NCBI GenBank assembly: GCA_050954665.1
Contig: JBPBPC010000044.1
Location: forward strand, 18,402 to 82,401
DNA from: Janthinobacterium lividum
GTDB lineage: Bacteria > Bacteroidota > Bacteroidia > Cytophagales > Hymenobacteraceae
Direction: 5' to 3'
Length of the DNA: 64,000 bases
This document shows positions 62,219 through 64,000 of the stretch, one piece after another. Position numbers and translations under genes: made by a program. Numbering within the stretch: position 1 is the first letter of the stretch; each line of letters begins with the position of its first letter. The notes below the pieces were generated by a model. That model was not told the origin of the DNA, did no database searches, and saw only the letters and a list, made by a program, of their open reading frames with translations.

Positions 62219-63142
62219 TTACCCCGCCAACAATTGCAGCAACACCAGCACCGGCAGCACCAGCAAGAATGCGTCGAAGCGGTCGAGCAGCCCGCCGTGG
62301 CCGGGCAGGAAGGTGCCCGAATCCTTCACCCCCGCGCTGCGCTTGAGCATCGACTCGGCCAAGTCGCCCAGGGGCCCGAACACCGCCACCACGCCCGCCG
62401 CCACCAGCCGGTGCGTCAGCGGAATGTCGGGCACGAACTGCCCGAACGCCCAGCCCGTGGCCAGCGCTAGTAGGGCCCCCCCGGCCCAGCCTTCCCACGT
62501 TTTGCCCGGCGAAATGCTGGGGGCTAGCTTGTGCTTGCCGAAGTTTTTGCCGGCGAAGTAGGCCCCCGTGTCGGCCGCCCACACGAGGACAATGAGGCAG
62601 AAGACGCGGCGCGGGTCGTAGTGGCCACTCCCATAAGCAATGACAATCAGCAAAGTCATCGGGATGCTGACGTACATGATGCCGAATACCACGGCGGCGG
62701 CATTAGCAAACGGCTGTGCGTAGCGCGGCCACACCAGAATTTCTCGGATCAACAGCACAACAGGCAACGCAATTGCTAACCCGCGCCAAAGCGTTTCAAT
62801 CGATATCAAAGCGGTTATAGCACTAATAGCATCCTCCCATGAATCAAGGCTCTTGAACCCATCGAAAGCCAACCAGAAAGTGCCGATGAACAACACTGTT
62901 CCTGCCGCAATCCCAATCCATTTGGCCGGTGCGTACCCACCCGCCCGCATGATCCGGTAGAACTCCTTGAGCATCACGGCTTGCACCGCGGCGAAAAACA
63001 ACCCGAACGAGATGGGGCCCCCGTAGGTGCAGCCGATGAGCAGCGCCGCCGCGATGGTGCCCCAGATGACGCGCAGGCGCAGGTTGCTGCGGATGCGCTT
63101 GGTGGGGGGCAGGGCGTCGGCGGGGGGCAGGTCGGGGTTCAA
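62219..63142 (-). CDS. cdsA: Phosphatidate cytidylyltransferase
   Basis: 307 aa, polytopic. CdsA signature region: SMLKRSAGVKDSGTFLPGHGGLLDRFD. The start appears to be TTG at 63142, as no upstream in-frame ATG exists. Confidence 0.9.
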   Translation of the reverse strand: MNPDLPPADALPPTKRIRSNLRLRVIWGTIAAALLIGCTYGGPISFGLFFAAVQAVMLKEFYRIMRAGGYAPAKWIGIAAGTVLFIGTFWLAFDGFKSLDSWEDAISAITALISIETLWRGLAIALPVVLLIREILVWPRYAQPFANAAAVVFGIMYVSIPMTLLIVIAYGSGHYDPRRVFCLIVLVWAADTGAYFAGKNFGKHKLAPSISPGKTWEGWAGGALLALATGWAFGQFVPDIPLTHRLVAAGVVAVFGPLGDLAESMLKRSAGVKDSGTFLPGHGGLLDRFDAFLLVLPVLVLLQLLAG

Positions 63143-63181
63143 AAGCGAAAGCGAAAAGGAGCGGCGGGAAAGGACGCCAAA

Positions 63182-64000
63182 TTACGGCACGGCGGGGCCG
63201 GGGCCCACCGCCACGCCCAGGCGGCTGACGGTGCGCATTTGGCGCGGGGCCCCCAGGGCCCCCATGCGCTGGCGCAGCCCCCACAGCAGCCCGCCCGCCA
63301 GCACGGCCGACGCCAGGGCCAGCGGCCAGGGCAGGGCCTCGGTGCTGTCGGGGTCGAAGGCCGTGTTCCAGCCGAAGGCCCCGCCCTGCACCAGGTACAG
63401 CAGCACCAGCTGGAAGGCGTTGTTGGTGAAGTGCGCGGCCATGGGCACCAGGATGTTGCCGCTCCACTCGTATAAGTAGCCCAGGATGAGGCCCAGCACG
63501 AAGCGCGGCACAAACCCGAAAAACTGGAAGTGAATGGCGCTGAAAATGGCCGCTGCCACCCACACGCCCGCGTGCCGCGACCCAAACCAGCGCACCAGGT
63601 TCTGCTGGATGACGCCCCGGAACACCAGCTCCTCGGCCACGGCCGGCACCACGGCAATGACGAGCACGCCCACCAGCAGCCGGCCCGCGGTGCCGAACTG
63701 CGTCAGGAACTTGGTGAGGGCCCCGGCCTGGTCTTCCTTGGCCCGGGCCCACAACTCAAAGTCGTGCAGAAACGCGGGGAAGTGCGTGCCCGCGTTCCAC
63801 GCCACCAGCACCGACATGAGCGGCACGATGACCAGGATGAGGGCCCCGGCGCCCAGCGGCCAGCCCGCGCTGCCCAGGCGGCGCGGCGCAAAGTAGCGGG
63901 CCCACGGGGCCCCCACCACGGCCGGCATCAGGGCCGCGCCGGCCCCCAAGCCGGCCAGCGAGAGGCCCTGCAAGAGCATCAGCACGGCCCAGCCGTGGGG
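63182..64000 (-). CDS. CPBP-family intramembrane glutamic endopeptidase (CAAX protease type), possibly 5'-truncated by the window edge
   Basis: Motifs: AVAEELVFRGV (EExxxR), FSAIHF, HFTNN. The frame stays open to position 64000. In-window candidate starts are GTG 63985 and ATG 63979. Confidence 0.8.
   Translation of the reverse strand, partial: PHGWAVLMLLQGLSLAGLGAGAALMPAVVGAPWARYFAPRRLGSAGWPLGAGALILVIVPLMSVLVAWNAGTHFPAFLHDFELWARAKEDQAGALTKFLTQFGTAGRLLVGVLVIAVVPAVAEELVFRGVIQQNLVRWFGSRHAGVWVAAAIFSAIHFQFFGFVPRFVLGLILGYLYEWSGNILVPMAAHFTNNAFQLVLLYLVQGGAFGWNTAFDPDSTEALPWPLALASAVLAGGLLWGLRQRMGALGAPRQMRTVSRLGVAVGPGPAVP

Noticed and set aside
59898-63142. Glutamate dehydrogenase gene lying between cdsA and psd, considered as a possible insertion into a phospholipid-synthesis operon.
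   Set aside because: There is no compositional anomaly, no flanking repeats, and each gene has its own intergenic spacer or hairpin. An ordinary gene-order variant is more likely.
1-64000. Search for rRNA, tRNA, tmRNA/SRP/RNase P-like RNAs, CRISPR arrays, IS/transposase, integrase, phage or known defence genes.
   Set aside because: No cloverleaf-like or conserved RNA motif was seen in the larger intergenic gaps (11432-11931, 23077-23355, 35290-35510, 42064-42325, 57181-57406, 58097-58606, 60561-60801). There is no regularly spaced direct-repeat array and no ORF with transposase, recombinase or nuclease hallmarks. Absence is by eye only; Infernal and tRNAscan would be decisive.

Overview
This is a 64-kb, gene-dense, high-GC (about 60-65% by eye) chromosomal segment. 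It looks like a Bacteroidota genome of the Hymenobacter/Cytophagales type. The evidence for that is a PorP/SprF gene plus a GldJ-like lipoprotein, two proteins with T9SS C-terminal sorting domains, many lipoproteins, and a sigma-54 activator.

I support about 50 protein-coding genes. I chose them from the six-frame track using family motifs, signal peptides and start-codon trimming. Most other long ORFs in the track are shadow ORFs of the kind high-GC DNA produces.

Gene content:
- envelope and T9SS genes
- housekeeping genes (fumC, radA, proS, psd, cdsA, a glutamate dehydrogenase)
- a same-strand array of four exported peptidases (M28, M19, S9, S33)
- an ECF sigma / anti-sigma / vWA unit
- a TolC-Usp-HlyD-MFS efflux operon with a divergent GAF-GAF sigma-54 activator
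- FloA/NfeD
- a DUF1800/DUF1501 pair
- a small glyco-gene cluster
- a YgiB/YgiC-like lipoprotein plus ATP-grasp pair

I saw no rRNA, tRNA, CRISPR array, transposase, integrase, prophage or recognisable defence gene. No unambiguous novel multi-gene system stands out.

The signals most worth a second look:
1. The palindrome GGGGCCCC is strongly over-represented, occurs in all three codon phases, and clusters at gene 3' ends and in terminator hairpins.
2. Two families of nested-palindrome intergenic elements punctuate the peptidase array.
3. A near-consensus sigma-54 promoter and two 18-bp dyads lie between the efflux operon and its activator.
4. A 461-aa Gly/Tyr-rich, essentially fold-less lipoprotein is paired with a FadL/PorV-like barrel.
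5. The YgiB/YgiC-like pair is split by a 0.5-kb AT-rich insert.
6. A roughly 1-kb low-GC patch covers the 5' ends of two divergent glyco-genes.
7. A DUF1501 protein carries both a Tat signal and a T9SS sorting domain.

All functional calls come from reading the translated sequence. No database search was run.
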